From IMG/VR virus record IMGVR_UViG_3300043424_000108, positions 17,370 to 81,369 of that record: a stretch of 64,000 bases of DNA; one strand, given 5' to 3'. The position numbers and the translations under genes are program-made. A model generated the notes under the pieces. The model was not told the origin of the DNA and made no database searches. It worked only from the letters and a program-made list of their open reading frames with translations. Of this stretch, positions 37,957-48,685 are shown piece after piece (position 1 is the stretch's first letter; each line of letters opens with the position of its first letter). The DNA comes from a virus.

Positions 37957-38337
37957 TTAAGTTAGTGTAAGTTGATACAAAGTGCTAGTAATCAAACTAA
38001 TTACTTCGTCAATAGAGTTTTGTAAGTGAGTATTCTCCATACCGAATACTCCACGATGCTTCATCATGTAGTCTTTCATGTAGATCAAGTGAGTTTTTGC
38101 ATTCATATACTCGGATGCAGGAATCTTAAAGTTAAGTCTTTTACCTATTGTACCGAAGTAAGACTCTACGATATCATCAGTTAAGCCAATGATTTCAGTG
38201 TAGTAGCCGTCTAATGCTTTGTGCTCACTAAAAGAAGTAGTCTGCAAGTGTGCAATGTGAATGATGTCACGAGATTGGAACAACTGTCCAATTACTATCT
38301 CGGGTTTGACTGTGGTGAAAAGTTCTTTTTCTTTCAT
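37957..38337 (-). CDS. Ferritin/Dps-like protein (DUF5856-like)
   Basis: HIAHLQTTSFSEHKALDGYY......D..VESY.G; LQN.IDE......TLYQL. Confidence 0.75.
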   Translation of the reverse strand: MKEKELFTTVKPEIVIGQLFQSRDIIHIAHLQTTSFSEHKALDGYYTEIIGLTDDIVESYFGTIGKRLNFKIPASEYMNAKTHLIYMKDYMMKHRGVFGMENTHLQNSIDEVISLITSTLYQLTLT

Positions 38338-38341
38338 GGTA

Positions 38342-41300
38342 TTATGGGTTGGTTTGAGTTATTTGGATTGTATTTATAAACTTGAATCTAGAGTACTGAT
38401 CTTGAATCAATCTTAGTTTAGCAAAGTCTGACTTAATCTTAGACTTCTGGTAAGATACAGATACAGGTCTTACACTCTTAGTGTTTGGTACTTTATCTAT
38501 AGGATACTGACTTACTAAGTCACTCCACTGAGTAGACCAAAGTGGTTGGCCATTTCCTTGCGCTGCAACGTTCCAAAATCCGTTAAAGGTATACAAGTGT
38601 TCTCTACGAGAGATAAGCGCTTCTATGCCCGTTGCTGTCATTCTAGGGTAGGTAATCTTCTGTCTAGTGTTACCGAACTCTTCAGGAATCAACTTAATGA
38701 TACCAGAAGACTGTTCTTTGTTATAGATAATCGCCTTAGTAAAGTTTGCTAAGTTCTTTTTATTTGCAGTAGACAAAGAATAATATTCGTAGTCAGAATA
38801 GTATTCTTGGATGTCTTGCATCAAAGTAACAGAGTTAACTGTAGATACTTGAGGGAATGAGTTTACATTATACTCTAGAATGTAAGGATAAAGTCTATTG
38901 TAGTAAGTTTGGTAAGTATAAATAGACAAGTTATGATTCCAAGTAGATGCTCCTGTAGAAGTATTAATTAAAGTTTGGAAATGACCAAGTAAAGGAACAA
39001 AGAAGTTTGGAAGGAAAGAATAGAAAGAGATAAAGTTCTTTAACTTAGGTGAGTAAGCAACTGTCCAAGACTTATTCTCAAAGTAAGTAGGATCTCCAAA
39101 AGTAATAGTTACTTGAGTGTTACCTGACTCTAGTACGTACTTACGGTAATTACTATCCGAAGTATCTGTAATATATTTAATTACAGAAGAACTTCCTTCA
39201 CGATACTGAGGCTTAACTCTGTAATCTAGTTTGGTAATAAATACCCTCTCGTATCTTTCATCCCAACCCATTACAATACCTAATCCAATAGCAGGATTGT
39301 CTATGTCTGCATTAGGGATATCTTTAAGAATCTGGAAAGGTAAGTTTTGTTTAAACCAGTTGTAGTTGTTTTCTGTTTTAATCTCGTTAAACCCGTCTCC
39401 TGTAATCTGATAGATGTGACCACGTTTAGCGTCTACCCAGAATGTTCCATACTCACACTTAACGTAAGCTTTGTGTTGAGTTCCAATATAACCTAGATCA
39501 CTCTTAGCAAGATCAACAGGCTTCTGCTTAAACATTTCTGCATTACCAATCTCCAACTGATAAGGAGAAGTAGTGCTAAGAGTAATACGAGAGTTGTATA
39601 CTTTAGTAGTATTCTCGAATCTAGCATATACTCTTTCGTTTTCTCCTGCATTCAAATCAACTAGACGACCACCTTGCTTAGGGAAATCATAGAAGTTTCC
39701 TGGACGGAATACTCTCCAAGCATCTGAAAGATAGTTAGAAGAGTTAGCAGGATCGGAATAGATTACACGGTTATGGTGAATAGAAAGACACTCTAAAGAA
39801 GGATACTTTAATCTGTAGGGAAGATTAGGACTTAAGTTCTGTGCAGAATAAGTAGCGTTATAATGGTAGAAGTTGTCAAACTTGATAGGTACGTTAACTT
39901 CATGCAACCACTCATCTGGAATACCATCTCCTACATTAGGATAGAAGTTTTCTTCTAAGTCGTTTCTTCCATGACGTAGATCTACGTTGATATCAGACTC
40001 TACATAGAATACTGGAATACCGTAAGAAGCTGTATAGAAATAACCATTTCTAAGCAAAGAGTTCTCAATATTACTATCGTCTAAGTTTACTTTTGCTACA
40101 TAGTCATTTAAAATACTAGCAAGTGATGTCGCAAAAGCGGTTGTAGCTGCTACAGAAAGAAGTTGTGTAGAAAAAGGAGGAGGTAAGGGAGGAAAGGGAG
40201 GAGGCGGAGGAGTAGGAGACAATGCAAGGGCAGTAAGTCCTACACCTGTTCCAAATGCCAAAATTGTTCCCGCAATGTCTCCTGCAGTAATAGACTCCGA
40301 AGAGTTACCTGCATAGTACGTAGGATACCCTAAGTTAGGATACAACCAATAGTCAAAAGGAACATTGTCTACCTTAGCTGGTAAGTTAGCAAGGTTACGA
40401 GTGAAGAAAGAGTGTTTACGCTTAAGTGCAAACTGGTTGATATAAGTATCTCCTCCAAAAGCAGGATAGAAGGTTCTCTCTACTTTTAAGTATCCAGAAT
40501 CGTCTACACTTACATCAGCACTGTATCCAGTAGAAACATATTTAATATTTTCTATAGGACCATACTGATTTGGGAAGTTTCTCTTAATAGAAGAATAGTA
40601 AGCTCTAGTATTTGATTCTACAATCTTTGAAGGATTATCTTCTAATCCTGCTTGAGAGATTGTAAATCTTGTTGTATCTCTAATTAAAGGGAAGTTGTTT
40701 GCTAGAGGCTCGTTTGTTTTTAGATAAACAGAAGTTTCTCTAAGTCTATTGTGTAGAGGAAAATCATCGTTTAACTCAACTATTTTATCATTAGCATAAA
40801 GTCCAATCTCTAATACACGTCTTTTGTCTCCTGTATTAGGAATAGACTCATACTTAGTATAGTTACCTACAGAGTTATATTGCCAGGCCAACTCTTTGTA
40901 GGGGAGAGCCTTTTCAATAAGTTCTTTTATAAGAGTAGTATTATTTAACAAGTCTACTATCTTTGTTTCATATCTTGTTTTAAGAGAGGAAGTAGTTCCG
41001 ACTTGCGCTTCGCCATCTACAACATAAGATAAAACTGCTCCTATTGCTACAGAAAGGTTATTAGTGCCTTTACCGATAATTTTGTATTTAGGATGATCTA
41101 ATACAGGAACAAAGTGACCCTTTACAATTCCATATTCTAAGGTTTCTAATTTAAGCTCTGTGCCAATCTTAGGATATTGGAAGTGAGTATCAGGTGAATG
41201 GAAAGTAAATCTTTCTGTTCCATATAAAACGGAATTTACAAATCCAGTGTGAGTAGGGAAGTCAAACTCTCCCCTATCTCCTTTGTCGTAAAACTTAGAG

Positions 41301-43438
41301 TCTGTTTTGATAAAAGCATCAGGACCTCTATCATTGTAGGGATAGTTAGGATAGTAGTAGTTCTTACCAGTGTCTTCGTCATGGAAGGTTCCTACGTCAT
41401 ACACAAGTCCCTTAGCAATAACTGATTTATTATTTACACGATTACCTCTTACTAGTTCATAGCCACAGATAAGCTCACTAACAGGAATCTGATGATTACC
41501 ATAAGTATTTAATGGATCGTATACAGTAGTGTTATTTACTATATTTTCAAATATTGTTTCTTGCACACGTACACCTATAGGATAGATGATTGCTTCAGCG
41601 TTCTTATGGATGTGTGTAATAGCACTATCAGGAAACTTGTGATGACGAATAGGTTGACCAGCTAAGTCCCCCCACACTTCCTCATAACAAGGATAAGTTT
41701 CAGTAGATTCCCAATAAGCAAATTGTCCTGCCTCTCCTGGTATAATAGCACACGAGTATTGTTCTTCTTGCTTGTTTGGAGGATTCTCAGAGTACATTAA
41801 ACCTTTAGACCCTGTGTTGTATACTTGCCATCTCTGAAATTCCCCTGTCTTAATACAATCATCCTCTACAGAAAAAACATCTTTGTTGTCTGGAGATTCT
41901 TTAGCTTTGTCGTTGTCGTTTTTAAGTCTTCCAGGAATATGGAATACGTCTGTATACTTACCGTTCTTTAGTTTAAACTTAATACCGAAAGGATAAACCT
42001 CGTCCCTTTGATAGGTACGGAAGAAGTAAGCGACTTCTGGATTAGAGTAATCAAACTTTTTATCTACTGGCATTTGTACAGTTTCCCACCTAAGTTGAAT
42101 CTGATTTGCAATAGGTTGAAAGTTGTACTTAGGAGTCTCTACCAAATCAGCTAACATCAAGATGTCATTCTGTTTCTCAATAATCTCAGCATGTTCATAG
42201 TGAGGACTACGAATCAAAGGAACTATCGAGGAGAAAGTAGAAGAGTAATCTCCTGTATAAACTAAAGAGTCTGTTAAGCTAGATTGATTTACTCTGTAAG
42301 TACCTACCAGATGGTATGTAGTTACTTCGTTGATGTTCTCAGCAACAGTTAAATTAAAGTAATCGAAGATTGCAGTCTTATGATTAACAGAAACTCTGAT
42401 AGACTTAGAAGTCTCGTACTCAGTTTGTTCAGTAATAGCTCTTTCAAAAATTGGAATAGGATTACAGAAATCAATATAATCTGTAAGTTCTTTACCATTT
42501 TCATCTGCATATGCTACTGAGAAAGAATACACACCACCTTTAAGTCTTCCTCCTGAATCTACAGAAGTAGGATATACTTCAGGCTGACAGAAGTCTGGGA
42601 ATAATTTTAAGCGCCCACAAGCGTCTGTAAGTTGATTTATAGGATCACCACATTGATCACGACCTAAAGGTTCCTCTATTGAGAAGTAACGAGGTGGAAT
42701 ATTACGTGCTACAAAATAAACTCTAGTCTCACAGTTGTCTATACGATACTCTGCAAATACTGGAAAGTCTACTGATAACTTAAGGCAACAATACTCTGAG
42801 TCACAGACTGGATCTTCTGAGATTAAAGTCTTAGATAAAAGTTCTATGTCAGAAGTATAATTAGCACTTCTACCATCAAATCCGTAATAACCATTGGCCA
42901 AAATCCCAACAGTTTTGGGGTCCCCATTACAGTCTACGTAATTAATATCTTGATATTGACCATTGTTTCTTACTGCAAATCTATAGCAACCTACGTTATT
43001 AACACAACAATTATCTACAATCAACGGAGTAAATGTGCAGCAGGTGTCTGCACTAACTCCTATCTCAGAACCTACTGTACTAGTAACTACTGTACCAGAT
43101 GCACAACCACAGTCTGTTTCAGATTCTGTTAAGGTTGTACAATCCTTAGTTAGATTAGTAATCTCTCCAATAAGAGACTTACCATTTGGGTGAGCTAAAA
43201 ATACAACTAACTTAGATTGTTCTACAATATGTAAAGTTCCTACAATTTTGTATCCAGGATACTGAGTAGTAAAATCGTAACAGATCTGATTAGAAGGCTC
43301 ATTAGTATATGTGGTAGAGTTACCATCATGAGACTGTACGTTTGCATTCAAGGCATACGTAATCATGTTCTCCTTGATCTGGTAATTAACCGAATCAAGG
43401 TTTAAACCTGCTATGTTCTGATTGATTTTATTTTCCAT
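38342..43438 (-). CDS. Tail stabilisation/muzzle protein
   Basis: 1698 aa; GLNLD..., Y.RDEVY.FGI, YWESTETYP, IRHHKFP, FHSPD, FGGDTYI, SWTVAYS....FISF.SF.P. Confidence 0.8.
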   Translation of the reverse strand: MENKINQNIAGLNLDSVNYQIKENMITYALNANVQSHDGNSTTYTNEPSNQICYDFTTQYPGYKIVGTLHIVEQSKLVVFLAHPNGKSLIGEITNLTKDCTTLTESETDCGCASGTVVTSTVGSEIGVSADTCCTFTPLIVDNCCVNNVGCYRFAVRNNGQYQDINYVDCNGDPKTVGILANGYYGFDGRSANYTSDIELLSKTLISEDPVCDSEYCCLKLSVDFPVFAEYRIDNCETRVYFVARNIPPRYFSIEEPLGRDQCGDPINQLTDACGRLKLFPDFCQPEVYPTSVDSGGRLKGGVYSFSVAYADENGKELTDYIDFCNPIPIFERAITEQTEYETSKSIRVSVNHKTAIFDYFNLTVAENINEVTTYHLVGTYRVNQSSLTDSLVYTGDYSSTFSSIVPLIRSPHYEHAEIIEKQNDILMLADLVETPKYNFQPIANQIQLRWETVQMPVDKKFDYSNPEVAYFFRTYQRDEVYPFGIKFKLKNGKYTDVFHIPGRLKNDNDKAKESPDNKDVFSVEDDCIKTGEFQRWQVYNTGSKGLMYSENPPNKQEEQYSCAIIPGEAGQFAYWESTETYPCYEEVWGDLAGQPIRHHKFPDSAITHIHKNAEAIIYPIGVRVQETIFENIVNNTTVYDPLNTYGNHQIPVSELICGYELVRGNRVNNKSVIAKGLVYDVGTFHDEDTGKNYYYPNYPYNDRGPDAFIKTDSKFYDKGDRGEFDFPTHTGFVNSVLYGTERFTFHSPDTHFQYPKIGTELKLETLEYGIVKGHFVPVLDHPKYKIIGKGTNNLSVAIGAVLSYVVDGEAQVGTTSSLKTRYETKIVDLLNNTTLIKELIEKALPYKELAWQYNSVGNYTKYESIPNTGDKRRVLEIGLYANDKIVELNDDFPLHNRLRETSVYLKTNEPLANNFPLIRDTTRFTISQAGLEDNPSKIVESNTRAYYSSIKRNFPNQYGPIENIKYVSTGYSADVSVDDSGYLKVERTFYPAFGGDTYINQFALKRKHSFFTRNLANLPAKVDNVPFDYWLYPNLGYPTYYAGNSSESITAGDIAGTILAFGTGVGLTALALSPTPPPPPFPPLPPPFSTQLLSVAATTAFATSLASILNDYVAKVNLDDSNIENSLLRNGYFYTASYGIPVFYVESDINVDLRHGRNDLEENFYPNVGDGIPDEWLHEVNVPIKFDNFYHYNATYSAQNLSPNLPYRLKYPSLECLSIHHNRVIYSDPANSSNYLSDAWRVFRPGNFYDFPKQGGRLVDLNAGENERVYARFENTTKVYNSRITLSTTSPYQLEIGNAEMFKQKPVDLAKSDLGYIGTQHKAYVKCEYGTFWVDAKRGHIYQITGDGFNEIKTENNYNWFKQNLPFQILKDIPNADIDNPAIGLGIVMGWDERYERVFITKLDYRVKPQYREGSSSVIKYITDTSDSNYRKYVLESGNTQVTITFGDPTYFENKSWTVAYSPKLKNFISFYSFLPNFFVPLLGHFQTLINTSTGASTWNHNLSIYTYQTYYNRLYPYILEYNVNSFPQVSTVNSVTLMQDIQEYYSDYEYYSLSTANKKNLANFTKAIIYNKEQSSGIIKLIPEEFGNTRQKITYPRMTATGIEALISRREHLYTFNGFWNVAAQGNGQPLWSTQWSDLVSQYPIDKVPNTKSVRPVSVSYQKSKIKSDFAKLRLIQDQYSRFKFINTIQITQTNP

Positions 43439-43443
43439 TAAAC

Positions 43444-44286
43444 TTAGGAGATATAGAACTTATTAAAGCGAGTTCTGGTTCTAGCTACGTTATCTGCCAT
43501 TTGTTGCTTAGTATAAGTCAACAAAAAGCCGTTAGCAGCTTGTAGTTTATTTAGTTGATCTTGTCTGTAGTACTGAAACTTGGATTCTACTTGACGCTGA
43601 CTCTCGTCAACTACTGAATGCCAAAGTTGCTCAAAAAATTTAAACTTAAGATAAGACTTGATATACTCTTCAACCTCAAGAATTTCTGGCACCATAGGTA
43701 AGTTATCATCGTCCATTGGACGTGAGTAATATCTAAGGTACACACAACCTGTTTCAAACGTAGCAGTAATGCTTTTATTGGGATAAATTTGTAAAACATC
43801 AGGAGAGGAAACACTCAAGTTCTCACATCCTTCTGTACAAAGGGCTTTAGAGCCATGGTACACACGAAGCATCTTAGGATGCTTCATAGTAAGTTTAAAT
43901 CCAGGAGTAGGTACACTGATAGTCTCGTAGTAGTTTTCTTGCTTAGCGCAATCTCCTGCATCACAACCTCCTGTGCATTCGAGGTTTTGCCACCAGTACC
44001 CCTTCATGGAATTAACTCCTGCATACCACTCTACATCTGCATCATACAACAAGGCATGATCAAGTAGAGCAAAGTCACAAGGTAGTTCAGATTTATATCC
44101 AGAGAATGTAAGTACAGCTTCTTCAGGCTTAAGCACCATAACTCTAAGTTTACGGAGTGCCTGGTCTATAAAGGTGGGGATCAAAACCTCACTGATAGCA
44201 CCAGCTTCAAAGTACGACTTAAGCTCCTGCTTAACTTCAGCAATTAGAGGTTCAGAAGAGATAAAGTTAGTGTTATCGTATTTCAT
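43444..44286 (-). CDS. Tail ring/adaptor protein
   Basis: Position; F..G.VYLRYY..P.DD..LPM.P pattern. Confidence 0.65.
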   Translation of the reverse strand: MKYDNTNFISSEPLIAEVKQELKSYFEAGAISEVLIPTFIDQALRKLRVMVLKPEEAVLTFSGYKSELPCDFALLDHALLYDADVEWYAGVNSMKGYWWQNLECTGGCDAGDCAKQENYYETISVPTPGFKLTMKHPKMLRVYHGSKALCTEGCENLSVSSPDVLQIYPNKSITATFETGCVYLRYYSRPMDDDNLPMVPEILEVEEYIKSYLKFKFFEQLWHSVVDESQRQVESKFQYYRQDQLNKLQAANGFLLTYTKQQMADNVARTRTRFNKFYIS

Positions 44287-44290
44287 TGTT

Positions 44291-44794
44291 TTAGTATTGG
44301 GGAGGTGGTGAAATGTTTATTTTGTTATTATTAATTGCGTCTGACAATGCCTTCTTATGTTTGTTAGACATTCTTAGATCGTAGAAACCAAATTGTACTA
44401 CTCGTTTAGAATATGGATACAAGTGAAACTTATAGATGGCACCATCGGTATGTGAGTTTCTATAAGGCACTTTGATACCCGTCTCTTTATAGTACTTCCA
44501 ATTAATAATTGTATGTTTACCTTCTTTAAGTGCATTTTCAGTTTTTACAATTTTAATTGATCCAAAGTTTGGGAACCTCAGAGAGTATCTTCCTCGTAAC
44601 AACCTCTCTATAAGTTTTAAGTGAATCTTCTTTGGAACACCACAAAACTGCTTATAGGTAATGTCTTTACGTTTAGTTTCTTTTAAGAACATGTGATAGG
44701 CTTTGAGACTGAGAAAGTTAGTATCTGAACTAGTGTCTCTTTCTTTCTGCCTAACGTGGGTTTGTTTGTTTGGTTTTATAAAGTCTTTCGACAT
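44291..44794 (-). CDS. IHF/HU-like basic protein
   Basis: LRFPNFGSIKIVK...INW...N.H.DG..Y; position in the tail module. Confidence 0.6.
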   Translation of the reverse strand: MSKDFIKPNKQTHVRQKERDTSSDTNFLSLKAYHMFLKETKRKDITYKQFCGVPKKIHLKLIERLLRGRYSLRFPNFGSIKIVKTENALKEGKHTIINWKYYKETGIKVPYRNSHTDGAIYKFHLYPYSKRVVQFGFYDLRMSNKHKKALSDAINNNKINISPPPQY

Positions 44795-44796
44795 AA

Positions 44797-45438
44797 TTAG
44801 TTGGGTTCGTCTCTGTTGTTATCCTCTGTCTCATAAGGTAACTTATGATAGTTGATAAGCGACTGATTGCACATCTCGATCAATGTATCAGTCAAGTATC
44901 CAGGAAACTTAAACTGTTTGTCGTACATGCTCATACACTGACTACCGTCTAAGTCTTCGATAGACTCTGTAAAGTAAGCGTACATATTCACACACTCTAC
45001 ATCAGGATCCAACACATAAAGGTATCCATTGCGGATAGTATAGTATTTTTTTGGAACCTTAAAGCGTAAAGAATTGTGATTAATAAAATCTCTAATAGTA
45101 GTAGGAAAAAGTTCCTGCGAGTTAGAAGTGTTGAACACACCTTGGATAAAATAAGAATACAAGCCCTCATCAATGTTTGGTAGTTTGTTTTTAGTTCTAC
45201 GTACAGGGCAATTCAAATCACACTCTGAACCAGGAGCTTCAATTAAGTGTACACACTCGTAGGCTTGGTAAACATTATCTGAAGTAAGCAACCTTCTTAG
45301 GTTGATTTCTCTTCTTAGTAATGTAGAAGCCTTAGTCTTAAGTAACCCGTATATATAACGGTCGCTAATCATGTCATCATCACTAACAAACTTGTTAGCA
45401 CTTTTGACTCTAGCAATTAAATCCGAATTCGTGTACAT
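44797..45438 (-). CDS. Tail ring/tubular protein
   Basis: SDD..ISDRYI, RT..KLP, YY.I.NGYLY, D..F..P pattern. Confidence 0.65.
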   Translation of the reverse strand: MYTNSDLIARVKSANKFVSDDDMISDRYIYGLLKTKASTLLRREINLRRLLTSDNVYQAYECVHLIEAPGSECDLNCPVRRTKNKLPNIDEGLYSYFIQGVFNTSNSQELFPTTIRDFINHNSLRFKVPKKYYTIRNGYLYVLDPDVECVNMYAYFTESIEDLDGSQCMSMYDKQFKFPGYLTDTLIEMCNQSLINYHKLPYETEDNNRDEPN

Positions 45439-45474
45439 GTCAGAATATAGTTTGGGTTAATTTAAGGTCTATTA

Positions 45475-45505
45475 CAAATATAATTTAATTTTAAAGTTAA
45501 GTCAA
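45475..45505 (-). promoter_or_regulatory. Bacteroidota-type promoter
   Basis: TTG(ACT)-N20-TATATTTG. Confidence 0.7.
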
Positions 45506-45512
45506 GAGTTTA

Positions 45513-45553
45513 TTTAAGAACTAGAAGAGCCCACTTTCGCAGGCTCCTACTAG
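45513..45553 (-). terminator. Terminator-like hairpin with GAAA tetraloop
   Basis: - strand CTAGTAGGAGCCTGC-GAAA-GTGGGCTCTTCTAG then TTCTT. Confidence 0.65.
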
Positions 45554-45599
45554 CAAGATGACAGGAAAACCAACCAAAAAAACCCTGCCAAGATTTTTA

Positions 45600-47465
45600 T
45601 TATACTTTATAGGTGTTGCCGCCTAGTACAATTTCTAAAGAGTCACCTGCTGAGAAACTCAAAGTTCCTGCAGGATTAACTAAGTAAATCAAAACACTGC
45701 CTCCAGACAAAGCTGCAAGACCTTGAGCAACTGCTGTAGGAATTGAAGGAGAAGCTGCAGTGTAAGTATAGATTGCTACATGGAAGTACTCAGGATTAGT
45801 GTTTACATAACCAGCAGGAATATCCAAGAAATCAATCAACTGATGGTGTGCCCAGCTAGTAGATCCAGTAATTTGTACTGCAAATGTTCCAGAGATAGTC
45901 ACCATACCATTTACTCTGTGCAACTTAGGTAAGCTTCCAATTGAGTATCTAGTAGAAGGAACAACACTCATATTAGAAACAGTCCTAGGAGTAGTTATTC
46001 CTGTAGTGATACTTGAACCTGCTACTTCTAAGTTTACAGTAATGTCAGAAGCATTGTTTGCACGTGTGATTGCTACAGTACCTGCTGAAGAAGTAAAGAT
46101 AAGTTCTTTGTTTACATACTCAGATCCATTCCAGAACAAACTGTGGTATGCTGCAGGAGAAGTAGAAGTTACATCAGCCAAAGAGCTAATAGAACAACTA
46201 TTCAACTGAGAGCAAGTAAAGCGAACTCCTGAAGCCAAAGACACATTCAAACCATCAGAATCACTTGATGCTGTAAAGTCAGAAGCATTCAACTTCATCT
46301 TAAGTCTTCCCAATGTAGCAACAATCTTAGTTAACTGGTTAGAAAGAGTATCAGAAGTGTTAGTGTAGTTGAATGTATAACCGTAGTAAGGAGTAGTTCC
46401 AAAGTTAGTAGCCCAAGTTAAAGTGTAGTTTGTAGCTGGAATAGAAGCCAATGCTGTATTGATAGAACAGATTTGACTAGTAAACAAGATAGCTGCTGCA
46501 CTCAAAGTACTTGTAGCAGAACCTCCTGTGATACAAGAAGTATCAATAGAAGCAGGTACTGCACTACCACCTGAGATATAAGTCTTAAGATTATTAGCGT
46601 TTGTAGTTACTGCAGTTACGTTTGCATCTGTAGTTGTTTTAATAGAACAAACGTTAGTGATTACCCAATCAAACCAAGTCTGCAAATCAGCAGTAGTTGA
46701 AGGCGCAGTAGTAAAGCAAGAAGCGGTTACTCCTGTCAAATCTAACTGAGCATTAATGCTGCAGAGTCTGTTACCATATGCAGTCAAAATCTGACCAAGA
46801 GTAGAAACTCCAGAAGTCAATGACACACAACTAGGTACTGTAAATGCAGGAGTCTCTAATGCAGTAGTGCGAGTATTCAAAGAACACAAGGCACTTGCAG
46901 TAGATTCTACAAACTGTTGAGCAGTTGTAATAGCTGTACCAATACCTGTCAATGCTCCTCCTACTCTCAAACAACTGTATGAGTATGCAGAGTAGTCAAG
47001 ACCTGAAGCAGTCAAGTTACAGATACGTTGGTGTAGATTAGATACTACGCTGTCTAAGTTAGCTCCATTAGCAATAATAGCTGCAAGAGTTGTTACTTGC
47101 AAAGTCAAATCATTTGCTGGAGAAGCTCCACCCAAAAGAGTTCCTGCTACTGTAAGAAAGTTTCCTACTGTATAACCTGAACCTCCGCTAAGAACAACTA
47201 CTGTATAAACGTTAGAACCAGGAGTACGTGTAACTTTTACAGAAGCTCCTGAACCTGATCCTCCTGTAGGAGATACAGTGTATTCAGTTACTACTGAGGG
47301 ACTCAAAGCTAAGCCTGCTTTGCTTACAGTGCCAATAGCTCCTACTCCACAGAATAAAGGCAAACCAGAGTAAGTAATACACTTACCGTAGTTAGTTGAT
47401 AAACACCCTACTGAATCACAAGGAGTGTTTGTATATGTTCCGAAACAATCAAGACAAGTAGACAT
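45600..47465 (-). CDS. Tail fibre-like protein, Ser/Thr/Gly/Cys-rich
   Basis: TGGSGSGA..GGSGYTVG..LT module; helical repeats with periodic Cys; beta-rich C-terminal domain. Confidence 0.65.
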   Translation of the reverse strand: MSTCLDCFGTYTNTPCDSVGCLSTNYGKCITYSGLPLFCGVGAIGTVSKAGLALSPSVVTEYTVSPTGGSGSGASVKVTRTPGSNVYTVVVLSGGSGYTVGNFLTVAGTLLGGASPANDLTLQVTTLAAIIANGANLDSVVSNLHQRICNLTASGLDYSAYSYSCLRVGGALTGIGTAITTAQQFVESTASALCSLNTRTTALETPAFTVPSCVSLTSGVSTLGQILTAYGNRLCSINAQLDLTGVTASCFTTAPSTTADLQTWFDWVITNVCSIKTTTDANVTAVTTNANNLKTYISGGSAVPASIDTSCITGGSATSTLSAAAILFTSQICSINTALASIPATNYTLTWATNFGTTPYYGYTFNYTNTSDTLSNQLTKIVATLGRLKMKLNASDFTASSDSDGLNVSLASGVRFTCSQLNSCSISSLADVTSTSPAAYHSLFWNGSEYVNKELIFTSSAGTVAITRANNASDITVNLEVAGSSITTGITTPRTVSNMSVVPSTRYSIGSLPKLHRVNGMVTISGTFAVQITGSTSWAHHQLIDFLDIPAGYVNTNPEYFHVAIYTYTAASPSIPTAVAQGLAALSGGSVLIYLVNPAGTLSFSAGDSLEIVLGGNTYKV

Positions 47466-47467
47466 AA

Positions 47468-47974
47468 TTAGCAAATTTTCTCAATAATGGCGTTTAACAA
47501 ATCTTTTAAAGTTAAAATAGGGTGATTTAAATTATCACAGTATGTAGTCAAACAACCTAAATTTATTTTGTCATCTAAAGGAAGATCTAACCAATGAATG
47601 TTTCCACTATTAGTGTTGATGTTTCCTGCAGATAAATAATTCATACGAGAACGTAGTTCACAAATAACTCCTACCAACTTAATAACTACATCAGCAGAGT
47701 AGTACTTATCATCCTTTACTGTTACTCCTGTCATTGAGATAACTGGGGTAGTACCACAAGCAGTGTTAGCTGCATCAAAAGTAGTTTTATCTAAACCTAC
47801 TCGTGTGTCTAGATTTACTACCTTATCATCCAACAACTTAAGCAAGTCATTCAAGTAAGGATCACAAGAATCAAAGGAATCAATCAGACCTCCTGTAGTA
47901 GGAGTACCTGTATACTTTACGCACCCAGAAGGAACGATTTCTACGCAGTTGTTATTGGGGCAGCAGTTAGTCAT
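47468..47974 (-). CDS. Cys-rich structural protein related to the N-terminus of the next gene
   Basis: CV....SGCVKYTG resembles CL....GKCITYSG. Confidence 0.55.
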   Translation of the reverse strand: MTNCCPNNNCVEIVPSGCVKYTGTPTTGGLIDSFDSCDPYLNDLLKLLDDKVVNLDTRVGLDKTTFDAANTACGTTPVISMTGVTVKDDKYYSADVVIKLVGVICELRSRMNYLSAGNINTNSGNIHWLDLPLDDKINLGCLTTYCDNLNHPILTLKDLLNAIIEKIC

Positions 47975-47978
47975 TGTT

Positions 47979-48167
47979 TTAAAGTTTAATTTTCAAGGTT
48001 GCTTGTGTGTCGCAATCTAGACAATCAGCATACTTAAGGAAGCGTGCTAATGCTCTAGACTTTTTGTAATAGGGTTTTGTCAAGTACTTGATATGCTGCA
48101 ACTCTTTGTAGGCAGCATTAGCAAGTTTTTTCTTAACAGTCAAGCTCAATTCGTTTGAGTAGGTCAT
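47979..48167 (-). CDS. Small hypothetical protein
   Basis: Likely start MTYSNELS overlapping the end of the upstream gene. Confidence 0.5.
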   Translation of the reverse strand: MTYSNELSLTVKKKLANAAYKELQHIKYLTKPYYKKSRALARFLKYADCLDCDTQATLKIKL

Positions 48168-48639
48168 CGGCTTTCTTATATAATTCAGTAGCTTTTGCAG
48201 GGTTGCATAAGTCAGCATGTGCCTCAGCTCCCTTCAACAAAAACTCAATTTTGTCCAAGTAATAAAGTGTCTTCTCATCCTCACAGCAGTCTACATACTT
48301 AGCCCACTGTACGCCTAGACGACAATCAATCTTACAAGTCCTCAAATGATAACGAGTGTTAACTCCTGTATCAGGACAAGTAGTAATGGTTAATGTATAA
48401 ACGCCATCAGGTAAAGCTGTAAAGCCAGTAGTAGCCGAAGTAGTAAATCCAAAGTTGTAAGAATTAAATACATTGATCTCACCAATAGTGTAATCAAAGG
48501 TAAATGGATTATCATACCCTGGTACTGAGATAGAGATCTCTGCTGTATCAGGAGCTAATGGGTATACTGATGTATCAAGGATTGACAAGTAAGCGCAATC
48601 CTTTGCTTTAAGTGCTTCTAAGTTGAGTTGTACGTTCAT
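48133..48639 (-). CDS. Structural protein (tail hub/fibre-attachment candidate)
   Basis: LPDGVY.L motif and C-terminal helical, Cys-containing segment. Confidence 0.55.
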   Translation of the reverse strand: MNVQLNLEALKAKDCAYLSILDTSVYPLAPDTAEISISVPGYDNPFTFDYTIGEINVFNSYNFGFTTSATTGFTALPDGVYTLTITTCPDTGVNTRYHLRTCKIDCRLGVQWAKYVDCCEDEKTLYYLDKIEFLLKGAEAHADLCNPAKATELYKKADDLLKRIELDC

Positions 48640-48646
48640 AGTTTTT

Positions 48647-48676
48647 AAAAAGGGGGGAGTATTACCTCCCCCTTTT
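48647..48676 (-). terminator. Intrinsic terminator
   Basis: AAAAAGGGGGGAG-TATTAC-CTCCCCCTTTT. Confidence 0.8.
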
Positions 48677-48685
48677 ATTTAGTGA

